A stretch of DNA of 32,000 nt, from NCBI RefSeq assembly GCF_013365455.1, contig NZ_CP046578.1, positions 450,001-482,000 of the forward strand, in the 5' to 3' direction. Each line of letters begins with the position of its first letter. Position 1 is the stretch's first letter. This document shows positions 1 to 9,086 of the stretch, in pieces. The DNA is from Wolbachia endosymbiont of Dirofilaria (Dirofilaria) immitis (GTDB taxonomy: Bacteria > Pseudomonadota > Alphaproteobacteria > Rickettsiales > Anaplasmataceae). The notes beneath the pieces were generated by a model. That model did no database searches and was not told the origin of the DNA. It was given only the letters and a program-made list of their open reading frames with translations. Position numbers and translations under genes: made by a program.

Positions 1-564
1 AGCCCAAAAGTGCGGTGGAGTCCACATGAAAATTATTAAAAATAGAATAAAACTTTCCCAGCTTATAGAATTAGTTACGGTTGCCCAACCGATCATTGGA
101 GAAAAAGCACCTGATATACCACCGACAACGATATTTTGCGGAGTGCGCCTTTTAAGCCAAATTGTATATATAAAAACGTAAAACAATATACCAATTGCAA
201 GTAAAACAGCAGAAATATAATTCACTGCTATTGCCATAATAAATACTGACAATACTCCAAGAGTTATACCAAACTCAAGAGCACTTTCTGCAGAGACTTT
301 ACCTGAAGGTATAGGACGATTTTGTGTCCTTTTCATGAGCAGATCTATATCTCTGTCATACCACATATTTATGGCACCTGCAGATCCTGAACCAAGAGCA
401 ATACATATAATGGATATTAGTGCAATGAAAGGATGTATATTACCTGGTGCAACAACCATTCCAGCAACTGCAGTAAATACTACAAGATATATCACCTTTG
501 GCTTTAATAAACACCAAAAGTCCAGTATTGTTGATTCAACATTTAACAAAGCACTCGTATACAT
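1..564 (-). CDS. ctaB: Protoheme IX farnesyltransferase (heme O synthase), N-terminal 188 codons. The gene continues past the left window edge.
   Basis: Hand translation of the minus strand from ATG at 564-562 is open all the way to position 1: [38 protein letters not shown]...[24 protein letters not shown]...[10 protein letters not shown]. It carries UbiA-prenyltransferase motifs (NxxxDxxxD and RPxPSG) and the WTPPHFWA motif typical of CtaB/CyoE. It starts 1 nt after the coxA stop, giving the classic coxB-coxA-ctaB order. It is absent from the ORF track only because no stop lies inside the window. Confidence 0.9.
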   Translation of the reverse strand, partial: MYTSALLNVESTILDFWCLLKPKVIYLVVFTAVAGMVVAPGNIHPFIALISIICIALGSGSAGAINMWYDRDIDLLMKRTQNRPIPSGKVSAESALEFGITLGVLSVFIMAIAVNYISAVLLAIGILFYVFIYTIWLKRRTPQNIVVGGISGAFSPMIGWATVTNSISWESFILFLIIFMWTPPHFWA

Positions 565-565
565 C

Positions 566-2116
566 CTATTTTATAACCGGCGGTTTTTCGAAAGTATGAA
601 AAGGTGGTGGTGAAGATACTGTCCATTCTAAGGTATCACCTCCCCAAGGGTTATCTTCAACTTTTTTACCCCATTTAAATAAATGTATAATTATGAATAT
701 AAAAAGCATAACTGAAATGAAGGACATATATGAACCAATCGAGGATATATAGTTCCAAGGAATAAATGCATCAGGGTAATCAGGTATGCGCCTTGGCATA
801 CCAGCTAACCCTAAGAAATGCTGAGGCAAAAAGGTGATATTAGTACTAATAAAAGTAAACCAAAAGTGTATTTTTCCTAGGGACTCATTATACTGCCTAC
901 CTGACATTTTACCTATCCAATAGTAAAAGCCAGCGAAGGCTCCAAATAATACAGCTATTGACATAACATAATGAAAATGAGCAACAATATAATATGTATC
1001 ATGTAATAGCCTATCCACTCCACCTTGAGATGAAATTACTCCAGTTACACCGCCTCCTACAAACATAAAAATGAAACCTAGTGCGAACAGCATAGGAGTC
1101 TTAAGTTCAATTGCTCCACCCCACATAGTTGCAATCCAGCTAAATACTTTAACACCGGTTATAACACCAATAAAAATTGTGCTAGTACTAAAAAATATAA
1201 TAGCATCTTCACTAAGTCCAACAGTAAACATATGATGAGCCCAGACTATAAAACCAAATGTTGCTATCGCTATCATAGCATAAACCATCCCTATATAACC
1301 AAACACTGGTCTATGAGAAAAAGTTGACACGACCTGGCTTATGATACCAAACGCAGGGAAAATAATGATATAAACCTCTGGATGACCGAAAAACCAAAAT
1401 AGATGTTGAAATAATACAGGATCACCACCACCAGCTGGATTAAAAAAGGAAGTACCAATATTACGGTCAGTAAGTAGCATAGTTATAGCACCAGCAAGTA
1501 CTGGTAAAGCAATAATTAACATAAATGAAGTCAACAAAATAGACCAAACAAATAGTGGCATCTTAGTTAATGACATACCTTTTGCACGCATATTAAATAT
1601 AGTGACTATAAAGTTGATTGCTCCAACAATTGAAGACATACCAGCAATATGAAGTGCAAATATAGCAAGGTCAACTCCTGCACCTGGGTGGAACATGATT
1701 TGTGACAAAGGTGGATATAAAGTCCACCCTGTTCCAGGACCTTCACCAGCAAATACTGAGAGAAGGAGCAAAATAAAAGATGACACTAATAACCAAAAAC
1801 TTAGATTATTCATACGAGGAAATGCCATGTCTGGTGAACCAATCATGAGAGGAACAAACCAATTACCAAATCCTCCCATTAGAGCTGGCATTATCATAAA
1901 AAATACCATTATTACTGCATGTCCTGTAACTATTACGTTATATAGTTGATAATTACTACCTAGTATATTGATATGCATTAGCTGAGTACGAATAATTATT
2001 GATAACAATCCACCAATAATCCCAGTCAATATGGAAAAAATGATATACAGTGTTCCTATATCCTTATGATTAGTAGAGAATAACCAACGTCTTATACCTT
2101 TTGATATATCATTCAT
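566..2116 (-). CDS. coxA: Cytochrome c oxidase (aa3-type) subunit I
   Basis: 516-aa ORF with 12 hydrophobic segments and heme-copper oxidase signatures ([38 protein letters not shown]). Confidence 0.97.
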   Translation of the reverse strand: MNDISKGIRRWLFSTNHKDIGTLYIIFSILTGIIGGLLSIIIRTQLMHINILGSNYQLYNVIVTGHAVIMVFFMIMPALMGGFGNWFVPLMIGSPDMAFPRMNNLSFWLLVSSFILLLLSVFAGEGPGTGWTLYPPLSQIMFHPGAGVDLAIFALHIAGMSSIVGAINFIVTIFNMRAKGMSLTKMPLFVWSILLTSFMLIIALPVLAGAITMLLTDRNIGTSFFNPAGGGDPVLFQHLFWFFGHPEVYIIIFPAFGIISQVVSTFSHRPVFGYIGMVYAMIAIATFGFIVWAHHMFTVGLSEDAIIFFSTSTIFIGVITGVKVFSWIATMWGGAIELKTPMLFALGFIFMFVGGGVTGVISSQGGVDRLLHDTYYIVAHFHYVMSIAVLFGAFAGFYYWIGKMSGRQYNESLGKIHFWFTFISTNITFLPQHFLGLAGMPRRIPDYPDAFIPWNYISSIGSYMSFISVMLFIFIIIHLFKWGKKVEDNPWGGDTLEWTVSSPPPFHTFEKPPVIK

Positions 2117-2131
2117 ACCTATACTCCAAAT

Positions 2132-2896
2132 TTAACTTACTAACTTTTTATTTTCAATCCATTCATTAAAATCTTCTTTACTCACTGCCTTAACAACAAT
2201 CGGCATAAATCCATGACCTTGACCGCATAATTCATAACATTGTCCATAGTAAATACCAGGCTTTTTGACATTAATCCATGCTTCATTTAGTCTACCTGGT
2301 ATGGCATCAATTTTTACACCGAAAGCTGGTACTCCCCAGCTATGTATTACATCTCCTGCAGTAACTTGTAAACGAATATTAGTATCGGTAGGTAAAACAA
2401 CATTATTATCAACAGAGAATAGCCTCAAATCCCCTTCAGCAAAACTATCTGTTTCCTTAATGTAGCTATCAAAAGATATACCTTGATGCTCTGGATACTG
2501 ATAACTCCAGTACCACTGGTGGCCAATAACTTTTAGTGTCATGTCAGCCTTTGGTATCTTTTCTTGTAGTTTAATTAATTGAGCATTTTTAAAAGCCAAT
2601 ATACCGACAATAATCGTTGGTATAACAAACCAGATAATTTCTAAAATAATGTTGTGACTCGTTTGACTTATATTTGTTACTTTATTCTTTTGAAAGCGAA
2701 ATACCACATAAATAAGCAGCATCCATACAAGAAGCATTATTCCAACCATTATACTCATCACAAATAAATGCGATTCAATTACAATTTCCATTATCTCAGT
2801 TGCAGGTGTGGGAAATCCAAATTGCCAAGAAGTAGGAACAGAAGCAATTGACATATTTGAGTAAAATACTATCAATAATGCAAGTAACTCTACCAT
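2132..2896 (-). CDS. coxB: Cytochrome c oxidase subunit II
   Basis: 254-aa ORF with two N-terminal TM helices and the CuA centre motif HSWGVPAFGVKIDAIPGRLN...CYELCGQGHGFM. It lies 15 nt upstream of coxA on the same strand. Confidence 0.95.
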   Translation of the reverse strand: MVELLALLIVFYSNMSIASVPTSWQFGFPTPATEIMEIVIESHLFVMSIMVGIMLLVWMLLIYVVFRFQKNKVTNISQTSHNIILEIIWFVIPTIIVGILAFKNAQLIKLQEKIPKADMTLKVIGHQWYWSYQYPEHQGISFDSYIKETDSFAEGDLRLFSVDNNVVLPTDTNIRLQVTAGDVIHSWGVPAFGVKIDAIPGRLNEAWINVKKPGIYYGQCYELCGQGHGFMPIVVKAVSKEDFNEWIENKKLVS

Positions 2897-3179
2897 ACTT
2901 GTTTACTGTAAAACTAACTATATAATAGCGTATATAACTTACTATGCAAACAAAGATTAGTAGTAGTTAATAGTTTTAAAACGTTTAGTTAGCTACAATA
3001 ATATAACCCCAATTTAAGGAAAGAAGAGCATTTACATGAATCTATCTCAATAAAACATCATAAATTTTGAAAAAGCCTGCCTTATACTAAATTATAAATT
3101 TTTTATTAACTAACCTCTAATACTCATAGCGGCACACGCAGTTCGTATACTAAGACACATTTATTCTCTACGAAAAGTA

Positions 3180-3590
3180 GTGAATGAACAATTCAAAAAG
3201 TCAGAAGAAGCAGAAGATCTTTCTGTTAAAATTATAGAAGAAAGGGGGACTAAAGGCTATGATGGGAGTAGAAAGGTAGAAAAAGGACATAGTAGACTTT
3301 GTATGTACAGAGATATATTACCTAAGTTGCTATCAACTAAAAGTAAGAATTTAAAATATAGCCCAGAAAATAGGTTACAAAAGGGTTTTTGTTTATTAAA
3401 TCAACAGGAATAGAAAGCTACCAAAGAAATAAAATTTGTTTAATAACATTTACTGAAAATTCTATACCATTGCTGTAAATGGGGTCATGGTAAAAGGAAT
3501 TTTTCCAATTTTACTGGTTGGGGTGAATAATCTATGTAAATAGAGCTTCTGAAAAGTCAATAAAATCTTAATTCTATTATGAAAATAAGT
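3180..3590 (+). mobile_element. Decayed IS5/IS4-family (DDE_Tnp_1 type) transposase remnant. It is a pseudogene fragment with no intact ORF or recognisable ends.
   Basis: The 77-aa ORF 3180-3413 contains EDLSVKIIEERGTKGYDGSRKVEKGHSRLCMYRDILPKLL. This resembles the conserved IS5-group core xDSQSVKTTExxGxxGYDxGKKxKGRKRHxxVDTxGLLL. Downstream, in other frames and broken by stops, there are weak echoes of the C-terminal ERTFAWLxxxRRLSKDYE block (EFFQFYWLG, RASEKSIKS). The match is from my memory of the family, not from a search. Confidence 0.5.
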
Positions 3591-3611
3591 CTATTTACTT
3601 TAATGAGTTAT

Positions 3612-5054
3612 CTATCTTTCTATAAAAGATCTATCAACCGTTGCAATTATAGGTGTAAATAAGAATGATAAGAGAGTGCGGGATTGAGTGACTATGTATA
3701 CTTCAGCTGGCATACCAGGGTACAGATATACGTTTTTAAACTGAGCAAGTTCCGACTTTGGTATCACAACATGTACTAAATAATAACGTCCCAATCTTGG
3801 GTCATCAAGAGCATCAGGAGAAATATAGCTTACTACACCATTAATAAAACCTAAACTACGCGCATTATAAGCACTTAGCCTTACTTTGACTTTCAACCCT
3901 TCTAATCCGCCGCCAACGGAGACCATATTGCTACCTCTTTTTTGTGCTGATATTATTTCTTCTATATTTCTAGTCTGGATTTTAGTGCCTATTATTAAAT
4001 CATCATCAGATGGCACTATGCTCATAACTGGAACTCCAGATTGTATAACACCACCTTCAGTATGATACCTTATATCTGTAACTATTCCATCTTGAGGAGA
4101 TCTAATTATTGTGCGTGCTAATGTATCTTCTGCAACTATTAACCTCTTTTTTAAGTCAGCAATAGATGTACTAATTTCCTTAAGTTCAATGTTTGCTCTT
4201 TCCTGGAAATCGTTCCTCACATTTACAATTTCTAATTCATTCTCTCCAATTTTTTGCTGTGCTTGAGATATTGCAGCGCGGTAGTGACCAACCCTACCTT
4301 CAATTTCAGCAAACTGCTTTTTCAAAGCGAAAATGTGTGTCTTGCCTATATAGCTATTGTTAAGAAGTTGTCTTTTTATTTCTAATTCTTCAGCTACTAA
4401 GTCGTATTGTTTGAGAGCTGCATCCAATTGAGAGTGCAGTCCTACTAACTCGTTATGTAGCTGCTTTATACGTTGTTGCAGTACATTAGTTTTTCCTAAT
4501 GCACTCTTGCGCTGAGAGTGAAACAATTTTACCTGATTTTTTATTACTCTGTTTGCAAGCTCACTGTTAGACAATTTTTTAATTTCATCAGGAAATTCAA
4601 TTTTGTCTAATCCTGCCCTAATAGCGATTAGCCTTGCTTCAGTTGTCAAAAGCGATAAAAGTTTCTCTTTAACTATACTTAAATTTGCCTTCTCATTAAC
4701 ATCATTTAACAAAACTAGAGGCTCATTTTTTTTAACTACTTGACCTTCCTTGACTAAAATTTTGCTTATTATTCCTCCTCCTAAATGCTGAACCACCTTT
4801 CTACTTGAAGATACAATAACTTCTCCACTTGCATGTACTGCTCCATCAATTGGAGCTATAGCTGACCAAATGCCTCCTACTCCAAAAAAAATGAGTATTA
4901 CTACCAGACCGAAAAACAGTGGCCCCCATGTTACTTTCAGAACCTCATTTACACTATTTCCTTCACGCTTTAAAATGAAACTTGTCACTGCATCAATTAA
5001 TATAAAAGTTTTATCCAAAAATTTTGGACATTTTTTCTTTTTTATCCCTTGCAT
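3612..5054 (-). CDS. hlyD: Type I secretion system membrane-fusion (periplasmic adaptor) protein, HlyD/AprE family
   Basis: N-terminal single TM helix (WGPLFFGLVVILIFFGVGGIW), then a long coiled-coil central region, then C-terminal beta-barrel and lipoyl-like parts ending in YLYPGMPAEVYIVTQSRTLLSFLFTPI, typical of T1SS HlyD-family adaptors. The track ORF starts at a TTG at 5090. I prefer the ATG at 5054 (MQGIKKKK...) because the TTG is part of a TTGACA -35 hexamer. Confidence 0.85.
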   Translation of the reverse strand: MQGIKKKKCPKFLDKTFILIDAVTSFILKREGNSVNEVLKVTWGPLFFGLVVILIFFGVGGIWSAIAPIDGAVHASGEVIVSSSRKVVQHLGGGIISKILVKEGQVVKKNEPLVLLNDVNEKANLSIVKEKLLSLLTTEARLIAIRAGLDKIEFPDEIKKLSNSELANRVIKNQVKLFHSQRKSALGKTNVLQQRIKQLHNELVGLHSQLDAALKQYDLVAEELEIKRQLLNNSYIGKTHIFALKKQFAEIEGRVGHYRAAISQAQQKIGENELEIVNVRNDFQERANIELKEISTSIADLKKRLIVAEDTLARTIIRSPQDGIVTDIRYHTEGGVIQSGVPVMSIVPSDDDLIIGTKIQTRNIEEIISAQKRGSNMVSVGGGLEGLKVKVRLSAYNARSLGFINGVVSYISPDALDDPRLGRYYLVHVVIPKSELAQFKNVYLYPGMPAEVYIVTQSRTLLSFLFTPIIATVDRSFIER

Positions 5055-5060
5055 ATTTAT

Positions 5061-5090
5061 ATTATCACTACAGCAAAGGAGACCTGTCAA
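5061..5090 (-). promoter_or_regulatory. Candidate sigma70-type promoter for hlyD (TTGACA-N18-GATAAT)
   Basis: The minus strand reads TTGACA (5090-5085), an 18-nt spacer, GATAAT (5066-5061), then ATAAAT and the ATG at 5054. Motif match only. Confidence 0.3.
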
Positions 5091-5361
5091 AGGAAATCAA
5101 GCTTTCATTTTTTTTAACTTACTTATTCACACATTACTGTGAACTTGCATGAGTACTGAAATAATATGCTAATATGCAAAAGCCAAAGAATTCATGACTC
5201 AAACATCTAATTTGGACTCAATCAAAATAATAACTTAGTAAGAATTTTGTGCTATATCTTAATCTGAATTAAGCTCTGTGAGAGTCAAAGCCGCTCATAT
5301 ATTAGAAAGTCCATTGCTAATTAGACAATGTTCTGCTAGTAATTAAAAAAATAAAATTATT

Positions 5362-6096
5362 ATGTTTCAATTAGAAGGCAGAAAGTTCCTCATCACTGGT
5401 GCCTCAGGTGGGATAGGGCGAGCGATTGTGAAGGTCATGTATAAAGCCGGAGCAACTTTATGTATCTCTGGGACAAAAAAAGAGACTCTCGAAGGCATTG
5501 CTAAGCAATATAAGAAGAACATACATGTATTTCTTTGTAATTTATCAAGTGCTGAGGAAGTAAATCAGCTAATAGACAGAGCAAGCAAATTAATGGCAGG
5601 TTTTGACGGGCTTGTGTGTAGTGCAGGCATTATACGAGATGGTTTACTACTGAGAATGACAGACGAAGCATGGCAAAAAGTAATTGATATTAACTTGAGC
5701 TCCACATTTAAGTTAAATAGAGAAGCATGCAGAAAATTAATTAAAAATAACTGGGGAAGGATTATAAATATTTCTTCAGTGATAGGATTAACAGGAAATG
5801 CTGGACAATCAAATTATGCAGCATCGAAAGCTGGAGTAATAGCTATGAGTAAATCTATAGCAAAAGAAGTTGCAAGTCGAAATATAACAGTCAATTGTGT
5901 TGCTCCTGGATTTATAGATACCAAAATGACTGAAGTCTTAACCAAAGAACAAAAGAAAAAAATAATAGATAATATTCCAATGAAAAAAATGGGGACGGTG
6001 GAAGAAGTAGCAGCAGGGGTTCTATTTTTAGCGAGTGATGAAGCAAAGTATATTACAGGGCATGTATTGAATATTAATGGCGGTTTATTTATGTAG
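5362..6096 (+). CDS. fabG: 3-oxoacyl-[acyl-carrier-protein] reductase (SDR family)
   Basis: 244 aa with the Rossmann motif TGASGGIGRAI, the NISS..G motif, the catalytic YAASKAG (YxxxK) and NCVAPGFIDTKMT, typical of FabG. Confidence 0.9.
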   Translation: MFQLEGRKFLITGASGGIGRAIVKVMYKAGATLCISGTKKETLEGIAKQYKKNIHVFLCNLSSAEEVNQLIDRASKLMAGFDGLVCSAGIIRDGLLLRMTDEAWQKVIDINLSSTFKLNREACRKLIKNNWGRIINISSVIGLTGNAGQSNYAASKAGVIAMSKSIAKEVASRNITVNCVAPGFIDTKMTEVLTKEQKKKIIDNIPMKKMGTVEEVAAGVLFLASDEAKYITGHVLNINGGLFM

Positions 6097-6110
6097 TGAT
6101 ACTTTACCTA

Positions 6111-6139
6111 TAGACAAGATATAGACTTTACTTTAAAAT
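6111..6139 (+). promoter_or_regulatory. Candidate promoter for the VirB2-like gene (TAGACA-N17-TAAAAT)
   Basis: TAGACA at 6111-6116, a 17-nt spacer and TAAAAT at 6134-6139, ending 58 nt upstream of the ATG at 6198. Motif match only, in AT-rich DNA. Confidence 0.25.
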
Positions 6140-6197
6140 AAGTATGCGTAAAATAAAATTAGTTTTATTACACTAGTTTATTATCAAAGGCAAAAAA

Positions 6198-6545
6198 ATG
6201 GACTCCATAATAAGAAAATTTTTTAATATTCTATATGTGGTATTACTTTTCTCAGGTTATCCAACCGATTCTGGTGCTGGAGGTACTGATATAGATGATA
6301 CAACTGCTCAAGTAATATGTAACATTATTGGTTATATCTGGGGAATAGGTGGTCCACTTATGACCGTAGTAATAATTGGTGCATCTTTACTTGCAATATT
6401 TGGTAGAATGCCTTGGCCAGCTCTCTTTGCTTTAGGCATGTTTTGCGGTGTATTTTTTGGCGCTAAGGCAATTATAATGAAAGTTATACCTAATATGAAT
6501 GATAGTGTAAAAGTTATGCTAGAAAATTGCGGAACAAAAAAATAG
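6198..6545 (+). CDS. virB2: VirB2/TrbC-family type IV secretion pilin-like protein
   Basis: 115 aa with a leader peptide (MDSIIRKFFNILYVVLLFSGYPTDS), then GAGGTDIDDTTAQVICNII, then two hydrophobic helices separated by a short FGRMPWP loop and a second helix ending FFGAKAII. This mirrors the Agrobacterium VirB2 T-pilin layout as I remember it (GGGTD...ICTFI...FGR...FGA). Confidence 0.75.
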   Translation: MDSIIRKFFNILYVVLLFSGYPTDSGAGGTDIDDTTAQVICNIIGYIWGIGGPLMTVVIIGASLLAIFGRMPWPALFALGMFCGVFFGAKAIIMKVIPNMNDSVKVMLENCGTKK

Positions 6546-6572
6546 AAAAAACGGTAGCATGTAAAATAACTA

Positions 6573-7853
6573 TCACTCATTGAGTTGTTTCATGTCTTCA
6601 ATTTGCAATAGGTAAGGGCTACCCTTTGGTAAAGTTTTAATAGCTAATTCAGCATATCTCGTAAATTGTTCCAAATTGCCTTCAATACAAGCTTTCTTCG
6701 TTAAAGCAAAATAATACATTGCTATATTAGCATTACGTTTGTACGCAACGCTTAAATATTTCCAAATAAAGGCATTATTCGGTTCTGCACTTGCGACTTG
6801 TTCAAGGTAAAAAATTGCCTTTTTTGCATCACCGTATAGTAATAGAGTATGAGATAATGCAAGTTTTACCAAATAGCTGTTCTTTTCAGGTAAATATTTC
6901 AGTGACTCTTCATACATTCTTATTGCTTCACTTAGATTTCCAGCCTTATACAACATTTCTGCTTTCAATTCATATAGATATGGATCACTACGTGACTTCT
7001 GAGCTAGTGAATCAATTATAGCAATAGCCTCTTTTATCTTTCCTTGCCTATAGTGAATTATAGCATTTACGCATTCAGAATTACCTTCATATTTACTAGA
7101 TAATACATGGATGGGAGAAAAGAAAGAATCTAGTTTTGTAACTACACGTTTAAACTTTAGTAACTTATCCGCGAGAATTGGCTTTATATCGTTTTTAACC
7201 TTATAATTCTGTACAGCAAGTATTCGCTTACTACTAAGTGGATGAGTGTGAAAGTATCCTACAGTATTTTCGCACTCAATACTTTTAAAGTAACCGAAAA
7301 CTTCTCTCATACCTGAATTATCATAGCCAGATTCATCAAGGTACTTTAAAGCGTATCTATCTGCTGTACTTTCTTGCTCTTGAGAATAGTTAAAAAATAA
7401 TCCGGAGCTGAGTGCCATACCACTGAGTAAAATTGCATTGGTGACCTGAGGATTAATGATGATAGTAGAAATCAGCCCTATCATATAGCCAATCATCGCC
7501 ATAGATTGTAAACAACCTATGGCACCGCTCATCTGTAATATATGACCAGCAGATATATGAGCGATCTCATGTGCTAATATACTAAGTAAAACATAAGGTT
7601 CAGTTGAATATCGCAAAAGTCCTAAGTGAATAAAAATATTATTATTATCAATAATAAAAGCATTAATTGAGTCATCATTCACCACGAAAACTTTTACCTG
7701 GTCACTATCAACACCCGCAGCAGAAAAGAGAGGTTGTGCTAATTCTTTCACCATTGCTTCCACTTCACTGTCTCCTATAATATTAATAGAGTAAGTATTA
7801 TTATAATATACAAAAAAGAGCAATAAGATAAAAAACTTGACAACTTGAAGCAT
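6573..7853 (-). CDS. M48-family zinc metalloprotease with C-terminal TPR repeats (BepA-like periplasmic protease/chaperone)
   Basis: 426 aa with an N-terminal signal-like hydrophobic segment, the HExxH zinc site (LAHEIAHISAGH), a downstream E...D (ESTADRYAL), and a C-terminal half with TPR-like repeats (AIAIIDSL..., YLYELKAEMLYKAGNLSEAIRMYEESL, AIFYLEQV...). Confidence 0.8.
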   Translation of the reverse strand: MLQVVKFFILLLFFVYYNNTYSINIIGDSEVEAMVKELAQPLFSAAGVDSDQVKVFVVNDDSINAFIIDNNNIFIHLGLLRYSTEPYVLLSILAHEIAHISAGHILQMSGAIGCLQSMAMIGYMIGLISTIIINPQVTNAILLSGMALSSGLFFNYSQEQESTADRYALKYLDESGYDNSGMREVFGYFKSIECENTVGYFHTHPLSSKRILAVQNYKVKNDIKPILADKLLKFKRVVTKLDSFFSPIHVLSSKYEGNSECVNAIIHYRQGKIKEAIAIIDSLAQKSRSDPYLYELKAEMLYKAGNLSEAIRMYEESLKYLPEKNSYLVKLALSHTLLLYGDAKKAIFYLEQVASAEPNNAFIWKYLSVAYKRNANIAMYYFALTKKACIEGNLEQFTRYAELAIKTLPKGSPYLLQIEDMKQLNE

Positions 7854-7925
7854 GGGAATCTCGTATTTGCATAATTTTTAGGAGTTTTACATCTTAATAC
7901 TTGAATTATATGAGTTTATGAAATG

Positions 7926-8579
7926 CTAACTTAATTTCTTGACATAATTAATGAGTTCATCAATAGTAGTCAATTTAATTTTATGTTGTTCAGCAAACTC
8001 AAGTAACTGAGGTAGACGCATCATAGAGCCATCGTCATTCACTAGCTCACACCCTACAGCCGCATGGTTAAGGTTAACTAGCTTTGCTATTTCAACACTC
8101 GCTTCAGTATGACCATTACGTGCTAAAACTCCACTATCGTTTGCAATAATAGGAAAAACATGACCAGGAGTAATAATATCATCTTTAGTACTCTTTTCAT
8201 CAATAGCAATAAGTATTGTGCGTGTTCTATCATTAGCAGAAACACCTGTTGTAATACCGTAACGCGCATCGATTGATGTAGTAAATGCGGTGTGAGGAGC
8301 AAGCTTTTCATCTACATTGCTTCTTCTCATAAACTCAAGACCAAGTCTATTCATATGAAGTTTTGTCATTGCTAAAAATACAATGCCAGTTCCATATCTA
8401 ATCATAAAAGCTACATGCTTTGGCTTTAATTTTTCAGCTAAAATGATCAAATCACCTTCATTTTCCCTATTTTCATTATCAACTAAAATAAACAATTTAC
8501 CAGACCGAGCATCCTCTAATACATCTTCCACAGGAGAAATACAGGATAGGTTCATCGATGCATAAGTGGCCTGTATCAT
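7926..8579 (-). CDS. ribB: 3,4-dihydroxy-2-butanone-4-phosphate synthase (stand-alone, not fused to GTP cyclohydrolase II)
   Basis: 217 aa with DHBP synthase signatures (VDNENRENEGDLI, ARNGHTEASV...A, TTIDELI). Confidence 0.92.
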   Translation of the reverse strand: MIQATYASMNLSCISPVEDVLEDARSGKLFILVDNENRENEGDLIILAEKLKPKHVAFMIRYGTGIVFLAMTKLHMNRLGLEFMRRSNVDEKLAPHTAFTTSIDARYGITTGVSANDRTRTILIAIDEKSTKDDIITPGHVFPIIANDSGVLARNGHTEASVEIAKLVNLNHAAVGCELVNDDGSMMRLPQLLEFAEQHKIKLTTIDELINYVKKLS

Positions 8580-8582
8580 AAT

Positions 8583-9083
8583 TTATTTAAATTCAATCTT
8601 AACTATTTTATATAATTTCTCTCCACTTGGCACTATTACTTCTACATGTTCGCCAATTTTTTTACCAATTAAAGCACTACCTAAAGGTGAGCTAGTAGAT
8701 ATTAACTGCTTTGAAACATCAGCCTCATACTCACCTACAATTTTATAAATATATTCTACTTCACTACCATCATCATTTACCATACTCAATGTTACGGTTG
8801 CGCCAAACATTACTGAATCGCCAGACAAGCTTTTCACTTCTATTACTTCTGCATGCGAAAGCTTGCTTTCCAGCTCCATTATACGACCCTCAATGAAACC
8901 TAATCTTTCTCGCGCAGCATGATATTCCGCACTCTCGGATAAATCACCTTGATCACGGGCATCAGAAATGGCCTGTATAATAGAAGGTTTTTCTTCTTTT
9001 AATTTTTCAAGCTCAGCTTGCATACATCCAAAACCTTCTCTTGTTATAGGGAACTTCTTAACGACAGATGAAGTCATAACCAA
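8583..9083 (-). CDS. greA: Transcription elongation factor GreA
   Basis: 166 aa with an N-terminal coiled-coil carrying the acidic tip (DQGDLSESAEYHAARERLGFIEGRIMELE) and a C-terminal FKBP-like domain (SPLGSALIGKKIGEHVEV). Confidence 0.92.
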   Translation of the reverse strand: MVMTSSVVKKFPITREGFGCMQAELEKLKEEKPSIIQAISDARDQGDLSESAEYHAARERLGFIEGRIMELESKLSHAEVIEVKSLSGDSVMFGATVTLSMVNDDGSEVEYIYKIVGEYEADVSKQLISTSSPLGSALIGKKIGEHVEVIVPSGEKLYKIVKIEFK

Positions 9084-9086
9084 TAC

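Noticed and set aside
335-2465. Plus-strand track ORFs 335-613, 1695-1949 and 2265-2465
   Set aside because: They lie antisense to ctaB, coxA and coxB, whose translations carry unmistakable family motifs. The antisense products are low-complexity and match no family I know. They are shadow ORFs.
5301-5316. AGAAAGTCC string reminiscent of the RNase P RNA P4 motif (GGAAAGTCCGGGC)
   Set aside because: Only a partial match. The spacer (5091-5361) is too short for an RNase P RNA, and the complementary P4 strand is absent.
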